NCBI GenBank assembly: GCA_963737655.1
Contig: CAVTTN010000002.1
Span: forward strand, 928,001-992,000
Direction of reading: 5' to 3'
Length of the DNA: 64,000 nucleotides
Source: an uncultured Planctomycetota bacterium
GTDB taxonomy: Bacteria; Planctomycetota; Planctomycetia; Isosphaerales; Isosphaeraceae
The translations under genes were made by a program, and so were the position numbers. Shown here in pieces: positions 23,151 through 33,319 of this stretch (its first letter is position 1; each line of letters opens with the position of its first letter). A model generated the notes under the pieces. That model saw only the letters and a list, made by a program, of their open reading frames with translations. It searched no databases and was not told the origin of the DNA.

Positions 23151-24596
23151 ATGGGGTTCGACCTCGGTCAGGCATTCAGCGACGTCGGGCATGCCTTCGG
23201 GGATGCGGCCGGCGCCATCGCGAAATTCGGCGAAGGCGCGGTGAAGGACCTGGAGAAGGTCGGCGGCGACATCGAACACGCCGCCGAGACGTTCGTCGAG
23301 GGCGTGGGCAACGTGCTGGCGGCGCCGTTCAAGGGGCCGGGCGGGTTCGTCGGCCTGCTCGTCACGGCCGCCGGGTTCGTGATCGAGGCGGCGACCGGGG
23401 CCGCGATCCCGGTCCTGGTGCTCGGCCTCGGGGCCGCCGCCGTGACCAACGCCCTGGTCAAGACCCGGCGGATGACGGCGGCCGAATATCGGTTCGCCCA
23501 GCGGGTCTTCGGCACCACCCTGCCCGACCCGTCGCGGATCGTCCTGACCAACATGACGGGCCTCGGCGGGAGGCCGTTCACCGTCCCCAACCTGGCCGGC
23601 GAGTTCGTCGTCAACCTCGGCGACGACGTCTACCCCGACCCGCCCAATCGCCGGAGGCCGGGCAAGAACGAGATCAACGGCGAGCTGTTCATCCACGAGC
23701 TGACCCACGCCTGGCAGATCCAATATCGCTCGATCGTGAGCGTCATCTGCGACTCGGTCCCCAACCAGTTCAAGTACTCGGTCCTGGGCGACAGGAGCGT
23801 CTACTACGCCACCGGCGGCGGCAAGGCGTTCGGTGACTACACCCTGGAGCAGGAGGCGACGATCGTCGAGTACTGGTACCGGGACGGGCTGCGAGTCTAC
23901 CACCCGTTCTACCGCTACATCGTCGATAACATCCTGGCGCGATCGCCGTTCGGCGCCTCGACCGACCGCGCCCAGGCCGGTTGGCAGTTGTGCAAGAAGT
24001 GCCAGATGTTGTTCTACGGCAGCAGTTCCGCGATGGGCGGCGTCTGCCCGGCGGACCGACGGCCGCACGACGGCGGCGGGAGCTCCGACTACCGCGTGCC
24101 GTACCCGACCCTCGACGTCGGCCCGTCGCTGGACGGCTGGCACTGGTGCCGCAAGTGCGGCGGCCTATTCTACAACACCGGCAGCGGCACGGGCGGCGTC
24201 TGCGCCGTGGACAACAACGTGAGGACGGCCTCGGGTTCCGTCCAGATCGATCCCAGGACCGGGAAACAGATCATCGGCAGCTTCAGCCAGTCGGCCCCGG
24301 CCCAGGGGCACGTGGCGGCGGCCAACCCCTATCGGCTCCCGCTGTACCGCCACGACCCGGTGACGGTCAAGACGACCTGGCCCAACGGGTTCCTCGGCGG
24401 GGGCATCGGCTACACCATCGACTACAACGACGGCGGCCAGGCGAACTGGCGCTGGTGCCACAAGTGCCAGGCCATGTTCTTCACCGGCGGCATGGTGCAG
24501 AACGGCGTCTGCCCGCAAGGGGGCCCCCACGACAGCACCGGCAGCCTGAGTTACCTGATGTTCAACACGGACAGCTTCTCCGACGGCCTGCGCTGA
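23151..24596 (+). CDS. HExxH zinc metallopeptidase (DUF4157-like) with three C-terminal Cys3-His repeats
   Basis: GGAGGAG RBS; FIHELTHAWQ...LEQEA; three W..C.KC...F...G.C...H units. Confidence 0.8.
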   Translation: MGFDLGQAFSDVGHAFGDAAGAIAKFGEGAVKDLEKVGGDIEHAAETFVEGVGNVLAAPFKGPGGFVGLLVTAAGFVIEAATGAAIPVLVLGLGAAAVTNALVKTRRMTAAEYRFAQRVFGTTLPDPSRIVLTNMTGLGGRPFTVPNLAGEFVVNLGDDVYPDPPNRRRPGKNEINGELFIHELTHAWQIQYRSIVSVICDSVPNQFKYSVLGDRSVYYATGGGKAFGDYTLEQEATIVEYWYRDGLRVYHPFYRYIVDNILARSPFGASTDRAQAGWQLCKKCQMLFYGSSSAMGGVCPADRRPHDGGGSSDYRVPYPTLDVGPSLDGWHWCRKCGGLFYNTGSGTGGVCAVDNNVRTASGSVQIDPRTGKQIIGSFSQSAPAQGHVAAANPYRLPLYRHDPVTVKTTWPNGFLGGGIGYTIDYNDGGQANWRWCHKCQAMFFTGGMVQNGVCPQGGPHDSTGSLSYLMFNTDSFSDGLR

Positions 24597-24675
24597 GGCC
24601 CGGCGTCGGGGAGTCTCCGCGGTCGCCCGGCGAATCCATCCGGGTGGGCGGACCCCTTCGGGCCGGGCCCCGAAT

Positions 24676-25890
24676 TTACCTTCGGACCGAGATCGACGGC
24701 CCGGGCCCGACCCATCCCTGGGGGCTGGGGCGGACGGGCCAGACGCTGGTGACCCCGGGCTGGCGGCGGTCGAGCCAGTCGACGACGGCGGGGAAGACCT
24801 CGGCCGGGGCGTATCGGCTCCAGACGAGGTCGCAGTGGCCGTAGTCGTCGGCGTGGCCGTCCTGCTTGCCGAACCTCAGGAGGGTCTTGTCCTGGCTGCT
24901 GGTGGCGTTGAAGGTGAGGAGCGTGGAGGGGATGTCGGACATCACGTCCCCTTCGCCGGCGATCATCAGCAGGGGGACGGCGACTTTGGGCAGCATCGCG
25001 GCGTAGTCGGTCCGGCGATCGGCCGAGACGAAGTGGCCGTGCTGGAGGTACGGGTCGAGCTGCTTCAGGGCCCCTCGGCCGGGGTTCTCCAGGGTGTAGC
25101 CGTAGAAGCGATCGATGGTGCGGTCGTTGACGTTCTCGGCCGTGTAATAGAAGCCGTCGATGGTGGAGAGCCCCGGCGGCCTTCCGTACATCATCGGCCG
25201 CGCGAGGCGGCCGGTGCTGACGACGTGGAGCATCGTCCTCAGGGCGCGATTGGCCAGGAGCATGCTCGACTGGGGAGCCTCGGCCTGGATGACCGTGGAG
25301 CCCATCCCCACGAAGTTGGCCACCCTCCAGGCGTCGGGCTGGGTCTCCAGATACGCGAACATCAACATGCCGCCGAGGCTGTGGCCGACCCAGTTCACGC
25401 GGTCCTGCCCGGTCTCCTCGCGGACGTGGCGGAGGATCGCCGCGACGTCGTGCTTGACGATGTCATCGACGTTCCATCGCCCCTCGCCGACCTCCAGGAA
25501 CGGCGTCTGGCGCAAGGCGGCGTTGACCTTGCCGATCGCGCCGACCTTCTGGCTGGCGCCCGAGCCGCGAAGGTCGCAGATGAAGACGTCGTAGCCCCGG
25601 GCGGCGAGCTGCTCCGCCAGGTGGCTGTCGGTGATCGTCCAGAAGGTGCCGTTGAGGCCCAGGCCGTGGCAGAGGACCACCGGGAGCTTGCCCGGGTCGA
25701 GCTTCGCGGGGCGGACCCGGCGGATGCCGATCCTCCAGCCGTCGTCGGTCAGGGCGAAGGATTCGGCGCAGGGCCGGTGGTACGGGTCGGTGGCCTTGCA
25801 CCTCATGGAGGCGCAGCCGGGCAGGGCCGCCAGGGTGAAGATGGCGGGGGCCAGGAGTCGGAAGATCCGCGAACCGTCCCGCGTCGGCAT
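24676..25890 (-). CDS. alpha/beta hydrolase lipoprotein (lipase/PhaC-like)
   Basis: Lipobox LPGC, LCHGL, DLRGSG, VGHSLGG, DYGHCDL. Confidence 0.85.
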   Translation of the reverse strand: MPTRDGSRIFRLLAPAIFTLAALPGCASMRCKATDPYHRPCAESFALTDDGWRIGIRRVRPAKLDPGKLPVVLCHGLGLNGTFWTITDSHLAEQLAARGYDVFICDLRGSGASQKVGAIGKVNAALRQTPFLEVGEGRWNVDDIVKHDVAAILRHVREETGQDRVNWVGHSLGGMLMFAYLETQPDAWRVANFVGMGSTVIQAEAPQSSMLLANRALRTMLHVVSTGRLARPMMYGRPPGLSTIDGFYYTAENVNDRTIDRFYGYTLENPGRGALKQLDPYLQHGHFVSADRRTDYAAMLPKVAVPLLMIAGEGDVMSDIPSTLLTFNATSSQDKTLLRFGKQDGHADDYGHCDLVWSRYAPAEVFPAVVDWLDRRQPGVTSVWPVRPSPQGWVGPGPSISVRR

Positions 25891-26134
25891 CGGCCGGGGA
25901 GTCCTTCCCTTGCCCTGCTCGGAGCCCACCCTCGCCGTCGGCGCCGTCCGTGACGCCGGGCCGGGTCGGGCCTCGTCCGGGGAGTGTATCGGAACGCCCC
26001 AGGCGCGGGAACGCGAGTTCCCGCAAACCCGCCCCTCGCCATCGCTCCGACCCTCTATCGGCCGGCGCAGGCTCGGGGCTTTGGCGGAGGCGAGGCAAGA
26101 CCGGGCGATTCGCGAGGCCGACGGCCGGCCGTCC

Positions 26135-26290
26135 TCAGTCGAACGGCGACCTCAGCTCGGGAGAGCCGGATCGATCCAGGGCGAAGCCCAGGCCGGTCGA
26201 GAGGCCGATCAGGCTCGAAAGGCCGCCGATCACCACCGAGAACGCCGCCAGGGCCGCGCCATGATCGGCCATCCGGTCGAAGAGTCGCAT
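26135..26290 (-). CDS. 51-aa small membrane protein, absent from the ORF track
   Basis: GAGGTG RBS then MRLFDRMADHGAALAAFSVVIGGLSSLIGLSTGLGFALDRSGSPELRSPFD-stop. Confidence 0.5.
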   Translation of the reverse strand: MRLFDRMADHGAALAAFSVVIGGLSSLIGLSTGLGFALDRSGSPELRSPFD

Positions 26291-26512
26291 CTCTCACCTC
26301 AATCGCGAACGATAGACGTTGCGTGAATGCGCGGTGTCTTGCATGGCACCGTCCATTGCGAAAACGGTGCCGACCTGATTCCTTCCGGCAATCCTAGGCC
26401 ACGCGATGGAGAGGTGTCCAAGGGTGTCGTGTGCCCTGATGCTTTCGAACGGCCCGCGGCGTACAATCGGCTTCGGAGATCTCAGATCGGGTCGTCAGGG
26501 GGCGCCTCCGCG

Positions 26513-26992
26513 ATGAGCTTGACCGTGAAGAGTCCCGCGTTTCTCGAGGGGCATCCCATTCCCGCCCGCCACACCGAGGACGGCGAGGACGTCTCGCCCG
26601 CCCTGTCCTGGACGACCCCGCCGAAGGGGGCCGTCGAATTCGCGCTGATCGTGGACGATCCCGACGCGCCCGGCGAGGACCCGTGGGTCCACTGGATCCT
26701 CGCCCGGATTCCGGCGACCCGCGACGCGCTGCCCGAAGGGTTCGGCCGATCGGGACGACCGGCCGACGTCCCGGCGGGGCTCGTCGAGGGCAAGACGAGC
26801 TGGGGGACGGTCGGCTATCGAGGCCCCGCGCCGCCTCCGGGCCACGGCGTCCACCACTACCACTTCAAGCTCTACGCGCTGGACGCCTCCCTGGACATCC
26901 CCCCGGGCATCGCCAAGCACGACCTCCTGGAGATGCTCTCCGGGCACGTCCTGTCGCGAGGGGAACTCGTCGGGACCTATAAACGTCCGTAG
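26513..26992 (+). CDS. YbhB/YbcL (PEBP/RKIP-like) family protein
   Basis: SP.L.W, DDPDAP...WVHW, GYRGPAPPPGHGVHHYHFKLYALD. Confidence 0.93.
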   Translation: MSLTVKSPAFLEGHPIPARHTEDGEDVSPALSWTTPPKGAVEFALIVDDPDAPGEDPWVHWILARIPATRDALPEGFGRSGRPADVPAGLVEGKTSWGTVGYRGPAPPPGHGVHHYHFKLYALDASLDIPPGIAKHDLLEMLSGHVLSRGELVGTYKRP

Positions 26993-27016
26993 GGTCGGCT
27001 TCGCGCACGCTTCGGA

Positions 27017-28528
27017 ATGAGGTTGCCCATGTCCTCGGCCGACCCTTACGACGCGATCCCCTACGGGGCCGGGGCCCATGAGGATACGCATCCCTCGCGG
27101 ATCGCCGCGATGGCCCGGCTGTTCGGGGTCGAGACCGCGGCCGTGGCGACGTGTCGGTTCCTGGAGCTGGGCTGCGCCCGGGCGGCGAACCTGCTGCCCA
27201 TCGCCTCGGGCTTGCCCGGGGCCCGGGTCGTCGGCATCGACCGGACCGAGAGCCAGGTCAAGGACGGCCGGGAGCGGGCCGACCGCCTCGGCCTGACCAA
27301 CCTGGACCTCCGGGCGATGGACATCCTGGACGTGGACGATTCGCTCGGCTCGTTCGACTTCATCGTCTGCCACGGGGTCTATTCCTGGGTGCCGGACGCC
27401 GTCCGCGAGAAGCTCCTGGAAGTCTGCCGGGCCAACCTGGCCCCGGGGGGCGTGGCGTATGTGAGCTTCAACGCCTTTCCCGGATGGCACTTGCGGAATC
27501 TCTCGCGAGACGCCATGCGGTTCCACGCCGGAGCGATCGCCGACCCGGCCGCCCGCGCCCGGCAGGCCCGAGGGGTCCTGGATTTCCTCGCTCGGGCCGT
27601 CCGAGAGCCGGAATCCGCCTTCGGACGGGCGCTGGCCGAGGAAGCCGCCGGGATCGCCGGCTCGGAAGATTGGCTGATCCTCCACGATGGCCTCGCGGAC
27701 TTGAACCGCCCGGTCTACTTCTCCGAGTTCGTGGATCACGCCGGGGCCCACGGCCTGAAGTTCCTGGCCTCGGCCTACTTCCGCTCGCCTGACAACGGCG
27801 TCCCTCCGGCCGTCGAGGGCATCCTCGCCGGCCTCGCCCCGGACCGCCTCCGTCGCGAGCAGTACCTCGACTGGTTCACCGGGGCCGCGTTCCGCCGGCT
27901 GTTGCTCGTCGCCGACGACCAGCCCATCGACGAGGCGCCTTCGGCCCCGAGGGTCGTCGGCCTGACGGCCCGCCTCCGCGCCCGGCCGATCCGCGAGGCG
28001 CCCGACGTGGCCTCGGACGCCCCCGAGGAGTTCCGCTCGCCGCTGGGGGACTCCCTGACCACCTCGTCGCCACGGGTCAAGGCGGTCCTGACCGCCCTGT
28101 TCGAGGCCGGTCCGGCCGGCCTGGACGTTGCGGAGATCGACTCGGCCCTGGCGGCGAAGCTCGGGCCCGTGGCGACGGAAGACCGGCCGACGACCACCGA
28201 AATCCTCCTGGCCTCGGCCCGATCCAACCTGATCAGCCTCCATGCCCACCGGCCGGAGGTGGTCGCGACGGCCGGGCCGACCCCTCGGGCCGTCGCCTGG
28301 GCCCGGATTCAGCTCGAATCCGGCTCCGACGCCACCAACGCCTATCACGAGCAGATCGAACTCGGGGATTTCGACCGCCGGGCCCTCCTCCTGGCCGATG
28401 GCCGGACCCCCCGCTCGGAAATCGCCCCGAAGCTGGCCGAGGAAGGCCAGGCCCGGGCCGACGAGGCCGAGATGCTCCTGGACGAGGCCCTCGGCCGGCT
28501 CGCGGGCGCGGCGTTCCTGACCGGCTGA
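27017..28528 (+). CDS. class I SAM methyltransferase with methyltransferase regulatory domain
   Basis: LELGCA...NLLP.A, FDFIVCHGVYSWVP, LAPGGVAYVSFN..PGW, N.PVYF.EF. Confidence 0.88.
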   Translation: MRLPMSSADPYDAIPYGAGAHEDTHPSRIAAMARLFGVETAAVATCRFLELGCARAANLLPIASGLPGARVVGIDRTESQVKDGRERADRLGLTNLDLRAMDILDVDDSLGSFDFIVCHGVYSWVPDAVREKLLEVCRANLAPGGVAYVSFNAFPGWHLRNLSRDAMRFHAGAIADPAARARQARGVLDFLARAVREPESAFGRALAEEAAGIAGSEDWLILHDGLADLNRPVYFSEFVDHAGAHGLKFLASAYFRSPDNGVPPAVEGILAGLAPDRLRREQYLDWFTGAAFRRLLLVADDQPIDEAPSAPRVVGLTARLRARPIREAPDVASDAPEEFRSPLGDSLTTSSPRVKAVLTALFEAGPAGLDVAEIDSALAAKLGPVATEDRPTTTEILLASARSNLISLHAHRPEVVATAGPTPRAVAWARIQLESGSDATNAYHEQIELGDFDRRALLLADGRTPRSEIAPKLAEEGQARADEAEMLLDEALGRLAGAAFLTG

Positions 28529-28665
28529 GGTCGGCCGGCGGGCGCATCCACCCAAAAAATCATGGAAGCCCTGGCGACTTTCCCGGGAGATGTTCTAGGG
28601 TCTCCAGAGGGCCCCTGCGCCCGGGACGAGGAGGCGGTGGAACACCTCTCAGGGACGCCAGACCG

Positions 28666-30087
28666 ATGAGACTCCCCACGGGATTGGTCTGCTCCGAGTG
28701 CGGCCGGAGCGCGGAGACGAGCGACGAGGGGCGAGACGGGCAGCCCTGGGAATGCCCGAGGTGCGGCGCGGCGGTCGTGCCGTCGGACGAGACCACGAAG
28801 GACCGGCCTCCGCTGTCGCACACGCCGGCCTCGCTCGAATTGACGCCGAGGAGCGGCACCGGCTCGATCGAGGCCGGGGCGATCACCGGCCTCGGCCGGT
28901 TCCGGGTCCGCGACGTCCTGGGAGGCGGCGGGTTCGGCCAGGTCTTCCGCGCCTTCGACCCCCGCCTCGATCGCGACGTGGCCCTGAAGGTCCTCCGCGA
29001 CCCCAACCCGCCCCCCCGGGTCATCGAGCGGTTCTTCCGCGAGGCGAGGGCCGCCGCCGGGCTCGACCACCCTTATATCGTCGCGATCCATGACGCGGGC
29101 CGGGATGCCGGCCGGTGCTGGATCGCCTATCAATACGTCGCCGGACCGACCCTGGCGAGGCTCCGCGATGACGGGCCCCTGCCGATCCGCCGGGCCGTGG
29201 AGATCGTCCGGGCCCTGGCCGACGCGCTGGATCATGCCCACGGCCGGGGGGTCTTTCACCGCGACCTGAAGCCGGCCAACGTCCTGATCGACCTGACCGG
29301 CCGCCCCCGCCTGACCGACTTCGGCCTGGCCCGCCGGCTGGATCTCGACGCCACGCTGACGACCGACGGCGCGATCCTGGGGACGCCGGCCTACATGAGC
29401 CCGGAACAGGCCGCCGGCCGAAGCCACGAGGCGGATGCTCGGAGCGACATCTACAGCCTCGGCGTGATCTTCTACGAATTACTCTGCGGGCGAAAGCCGG
29501 CCGACCTGCCGAGCGGGGCGCCGTCGTGGAAGCTCGGGCCGTCGGCGACGATCGTCCCTCCTCGACGCCGGGACCGCTCGATCCCCCGGACCCTGGACCG
29601 CATCTGCCGGAAGGCCCTGGCCTTCGACCGGGCCGACCGCTACCCCGACGCCCGCTCGCTCTCCGCAGACCTCGGCCGATGGCTCGCCGGCCCATCTCCC
29701 GTGGTGAAGAGGGTCGGCAAGGCGGCTATCCTGGCCGCGACGTTCGTGGTCGCCGTGGTGGCGAGGGGGGCGATGCCGGCCGGCGCGAAGACTCCGGCTC
29801 CGTCGCCCTCGCCGGCCGGCGCGACCAGGGACGCCCCGAAGCCGGCCCCGACGGTCGAGGTCGCCGATGAGCCCCGGCCGGTCGTCGCGTCGTCCCCATT
29901 CGTGGGCAACTCGGCCTCGATGAGGGTCCACAACGAGCATTGCTCGTACATCGGCACGATGAACGACCGGAACCGGAGGCGATTCGCCAGCCTGGACGAC
30001 GCCCTCCGCGGCGGATACAAGCCGTGCAGCACGTGCCTCCGGCCCCTGATGGGTTCGGCCATCCGGGACGCCCACGCCGGGCCATGA
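28666..30087 (+). CDS. Ser/Thr protein kinase with N-terminal Zn ribbon, TM segment and C-terminal Ada-like metal-binding domain
   Basis: CSEC..CPRC; LGGGGFG, VALK, HRDLKPAN, DFG, GTPAYMSPEQ; FVGN..S..VH...C...N...F....A...GYKPCSTC. Confidence 0.9.
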   Translation: MRLPTGLVCSECGRSAETSDEGRDGQPWECPRCGAAVVPSDETTKDRPPLSHTPASLELTPRSGTGSIEAGAITGLGRFRVRDVLGGGGFGQVFRAFDPRLDRDVALKVLRDPNPPPRVIERFFREARAAAGLDHPYIVAIHDAGRDAGRCWIAYQYVAGPTLARLRDDGPLPIRRAVEIVRALADALDHAHGRGVFHRDLKPANVLIDLTGRPRLTDFGLARRLDLDATLTTDGAILGTPAYMSPEQAAGRSHEADARSDIYSLGVIFYELLCGRKPADLPSGAPSWKLGPSATIVPPRRRDRSIPRTLDRICRKALAFDRADRYPDARSLSADLGRWLAGPSPVVKRVGKAAILAATFVVAVVARGAMPAGAKTPAPSPSPAGATRDAPKPAPTVEVADEPRPVVASSPFVGNSASMRVHNEHCSYIGTMNDRNRRRFASLDDALRGGYKPCSTCLRPLMGSAIRDAHAGP

Positions 30088-30244
30088 GCGCGTCGGGCTC
30101 AAGCGGGTTGACAGGAAGTTCCGGGCGGCATGCCCTCAGACGCCGTGGGCATGCCGCCCGGAACCCATCGTTCGCGGACCGATCCGGCGAGCCGGGGGCC
30201 GGAGAGTCCGGGCCCCGGGGTTCATGAAGGCGAAGACGCGAGGC

Positions 30245-30727
30245 TCACTTGGCCGGGGGAATCAGGACGGTGTCGATCACGTGGATCACGCCGTTGGTGC
30301 AGGCGATGTCCGTCTTGATGACCTTGGCCTTGCCGATCATGACCTTGCCGTCCTCGACCTTGATCGCGACGGTCTTGCCCTCGACCGTCTTGACGTTCTT
30401 GCCGTCGAGCTTGACGACGTCGGCGGCCATCGCCTTGGCCGGGATCACGTGGTACTTCAGGATGGCGATGAGCTTCTCCTTGTTCTCGGGCTTCAGGAGG
30501 GTCTCGACGGTCCCCTCGGGCAGCTTTTCGAACGCCTCGTCGTTCGGGGCCAGGACGGTGAACGGGCCGTCTCCCTTGAGGGTGTCCACCAGGTCGGCGG
30601 CCTTCACGGCGGCGACCAGGGTCTTGAACTTGCCGGCGGCCACGGCGGTGTCCACGATGTCCTTCTCGGCCGCGAAGGCGGGAGCGGCGAACGCCGCGAC
30701 GACGAAGAGAGCCAGAACCTTGCGCAT
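30245..30727 (-). CDS. fasciclin (FAS1) domain protein
   Basis: [34 protein letters not shown]...[13 protein letters not shown]. Confidence 0.95.
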   Translation of the reverse strand: MRKVLALFVVAAFAAPAFAAEKDIVDTAVAAGKFKTLVAAVKAADLVDTLKGDGPFTVLAPNDEAFEKLPEGTVETLLKPENKEKLIAILKYHVIPAKAMAADVVKLDGKNVKTVEGKTVAIKVEDGKVMIGKAKVIKTDIACTNGVIHVIDTVLIPPAK

Positions 30728-30917
30728 GGATGCGTCCTCCCCTGGCCGCGCGGAGGCCCCGCGCGGCGACCGAACTCCACCCCAAACCCAAGCCCTAGCT
30801 TGAGTTAAACGGAGTTCCTTGCGAGGCCGATTGTAGGCGAGGGCCCGCGCCCGGCCAGGGACTCGCCGAAATTTTTTTCGCGATCTCTTCGACGAGACGC
30901 GAGTCCGGCGCGCCGCC

Positions 30918-31136
30918 TCAGCCGCGCGAGGCGGCCTCGACGAACGCGCGGGTGAGGCCGATCAGGTCGTCGCACAGCGGCGAGAGGTCGGGGGCGGCTC
31001 CGCCGTCGGCCAGGGCCCGCAGCTGGTCGCGAAGGGCGTCCAGGGGCGGGTGGAGCTCGCGGGCCAGGAGGTCAAGAAGGGCGCGGCGGTCGGCGGCGGC
31101 GACCGGTCCCGGGTCGGGTGTCTCGCGAGAGGTCAT
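30918..31136 (-). CDS. small hypothetical protein (HisKA-like helical hairpin)
   Basis: [17 protein letters not shown] resembles a degenerate H-box helix; lies downstream of the ANTAR regulator. Confidence 0.4.
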   Translation of the reverse strand: MTSRETPDPGPVAAADRRALLDLLARELHPPLDALRDQLRALADGGAAPDLSPLCDDLIGLTRAFVEAASRG

Positions 31137-31280
31137 GACATGCCGTCCCCCACGATCGGCCGGGCCGAGGCTCGCGGACGTCGGCCGAGGGGGGGATCGG
31201 CCGGGACCCGGGGCGAGTCCCGGCATCGATCGATCCCCGGGGGAGATCGAGCCTCCGAGCCTCTCGCCATCGATCGACGA

Positions 31281-31967
31281 TCAAAGATCCTCATCCTCGG
31301 GCGCCGAGCGATGCGAGGAGTGGCGAGAGATGGGGATCGGGCCGTGGCCTCGGGACTCGGGTGCCGGCGCCATCGGCGGGGCGCCCTCGAGCAGCTCGTC
31401 GGCCTGGACGATCGACTCGGCGAGCTTGGCCATCGGCATCCGCCGGTCCTGGCTCTGCCTCTGGAGGAAGCGGAAGGCCTCGGGCTCGCTCATGTTCCGC
31501 CGGGTCATCAGGATGCCCTTGGCCCTCTCGATCAGCTTGCGCTCGCGGAGGGTCAGCTCCAGCGCGGTCACGTTCTCGCGGAGGGTCTTGACCTCGCGGG
31601 CCCGGGCCACGGCCGTCTGGATGGCGGCGTGCAGGCTCGGGCTGGTCACCGGCTTGAGCATGTACTGGATCACGCCGTCCTGAACGGCCTGGTCCACGAG
31701 GTTGGGGTGGCCGTGGGCCGTCAGGATGATCACCGGAGTGCCCGGGTCCTGGGCGATCTGACGGGCGGCCGACAGGCCGTCCAGGCCGGGCATCTCGATG
31801 TCCATCATGACGATGTCGGGCAAGGTCCGGCGGCAGACCTCGATGGCCCTCTGGCCGTTGTCGACGACCGCGACCACGTCGTAGCCCAGGGCTTCGAGCT
31901 GGCCCTGGAGGCCGGCCGCCACGGGTTTCTCGTCGTCGGCGATCAGGATCTTGCAGAGACGATTCAT
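31281..31967 (-). CDS. ANTAR-domain response regulator (REC + ANTAR)
   Basis: ILIADDE, MDIEMPGLDGL, KP; ERKLIERAKGILM...SEPEAFR.LQ..S...R..M..LAE. Confidence 0.93.
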   Translation of the reverse strand: MNRLCKILIADDEKPVAAGLQGQLEALGYDVVAVVDNGQRAIEVCRRTLPDIVMMDIEMPGLDGLSAARQIAQDPGTPVIILTAHGHPNLVDQAVQDGVIQYMLKPVTSPSLHAAIQTAVARAREVKTLRENVTALELTLRERKLIERAKGILMTRRNMSEPEAFRFLQRQSQDRRMPMAKLAESIVQADELLEGAPPMAPAPESRGHGPIPISRHSSHRSAPEDEDL

Positions 31968-32218
31968 CGGGAGGGCTCCTCGCGCGGTCCGTCGCGGACG
32001 GCGCGAACACGGATCACGACGGACGCCGTCGCGGCCTCGAAACGGGCGTCGTCGTGCGTTCTTCCATTGTCGCCAGGTCGGTCGGATTCGGCAAGCGCCG
32101 AGCAGAACCGCCGACCGTGGCTTGACGATGGAGAGGCGAACATGCACAATTCGTACCCAAGTCGTGCGGACCGCCCTCCCTCCACCAACTTCCCCCCGAG
32201 ACCGGAGCCCCCAACGCC

Positions 32219-32689
32219 GTGCCCCGCCACACCGCCCCGATCCTGGCCTTCGGAGACCTGGTCGAGGGGGACGAGTGGGAAAGCCCGGGCCGGACGGTCA
32301 CCGAGGCCGACGTGGTGAACTTCGCCGGCCTCTCCGGCGACTTCAACCCGATCCACGTCGATCATCACGCCGCGGCCGACGGCCCGTTCGGCAAGCCCGT
32401 GGCCCACGGCCTGCTCGGCCTGGCCATCGCCAGCGGCCTGGGCACCCACGCGCCCAGGGTGGACACCCTGGCCTTCCTCGCGATCCTCGAGTGGAAGTTC
32501 CTGGAGCCGATCGCCTTCGGCGACACGATCCGGGTCGTCACGAGGGTCGAAGCCCTGGAGGCCCGGGCCCGAGGACGTCGGGGAATCGTCACCTGGAGGC
32601 GAACGGTCCTGAACCAGCACGGCAAGATCGTCCAGGAAGGGCGGACCCAGACCCTCGTCCGCGGCCGGGACGCCAAGCCCGGCCCCTGA
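32219..32689 (+). CDS. MaoC-like dehydratase
   Basis: RTVTEADVVNFAGLSGDFNPIHVD...FG..VAHG; TTGACG-17-CACAAT promoter-like sequence upstream. Confidence 0.9.
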   Translation: MPRHTAPILAFGDLVEGDEWESPGRTVTEADVVNFAGLSGDFNPIHVDHHAAADGPFGKPVAHGLLGLAIASGLGTHAPRVDTLAFLAILEWKFLEPIAFGDTIRVVTRVEALEARARGRRGIVTWRRTVLNQHGKIVQEGRTQTLVRGRDAKPGP

Positions 32690-32734
32690 CCTGACCGTCC
32701 GCCCAGTCCCTCTTGAATCCAGTCGAGGTGCGCC

Positions 32735-32950
32735 GTGCGTCGCTATCGGACCGAGATCCTGATCCCGCCGGATCGCACCGTCGTGTTGCAACTGCCGGTC
32801 AACGTCCCGCAAGGCTGGGCCACGGTCACCGTCGAGTTCCACGAATCCCCCCAGGACGAGCACTCCGAGGCCGACCCCGACCGCCAGGACATCGAATGGT
32901 GGGACGAGTTCGACGAGGGGGAGGCCGCCGGGGCCGAGGATGAGGAATGA
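32735..32950 (+). CDS. small acidic hypothetical protein
   Basis: GAGGTG upstream of a GTG start; YRTEILIPPDRTVVLQLP...G.ATVTV. Confidence 0.55.
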   Translation: MRRYRTEILIPPDRTVVLQLPVNVPQGWATVTVEFHESPQDEHSEADPDRQDIEWWDEFDEGEAAGAEDEE

Positions 32951-32968
32951 CCGAATCCCGGATATCCC

Positions 32969-32988
32969 GTAGGGTGCATGAAATGCAC
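32969..32988 (+). repeat. GTAG-type REP-like palindrome (family A)
   Basis: GTAGGGTGCATGAAATGCAC. Confidence 0.8.
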
Positions 32989-33019
32989 GATCCTCGGAAC
33001 GGGCAAGGAGGCCCTCAAG

Positions 33020-33319
33020 GTGGACCAATCGCTGATCCGTGAAGACCAGACCCAGACCCAGGAATGGATCGGCCGGTTCGACCGCGCGAACGGCTTCCTC
33101 AAAGCGCTCCTGATCGCCAGAATCAGCATGGTGGTCTCGATCCTCATCGCCACGATCGGGGCGGTCTGGAGCGCCGGCCGGATCTCTCAGGCCGTGGAAG
33201 GTCATGAGCGGAGGATCGAGAAGATCGAAGGCGACCACGAGGGCCGGGCCGATCTCCAGCGTTCGATCGACCGAATCCCGCAGACCCTCGACGCTCGGCG
33301 GCCCGCCTCGGCAAAATAA
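33020..33319 (+). CDS. small single-TM coiled-coil hypothetical protein
   Basis: AAGGAGG before the GTG at 33020; hydrophobic ISMVVSILIATIGAVW followed by HERRIEKIE. Confidence 0.4.
   Translation: MDQSLIREDQTQTQEWIGRFDRANGFLKALLIARISMVVSILIATIGAVWSAGRISQAVEGHERRIEKIEGDHEGRADLQRSIDRIPQTLDARRPASAK

Noticed and set aside
31968..32218. ANTAR dual-hairpin target RNA near the ANTAR regulator
   Set aside because: Could not identify two hexaloop hairpins with the expected spacing by eye; needs a covariance-model search
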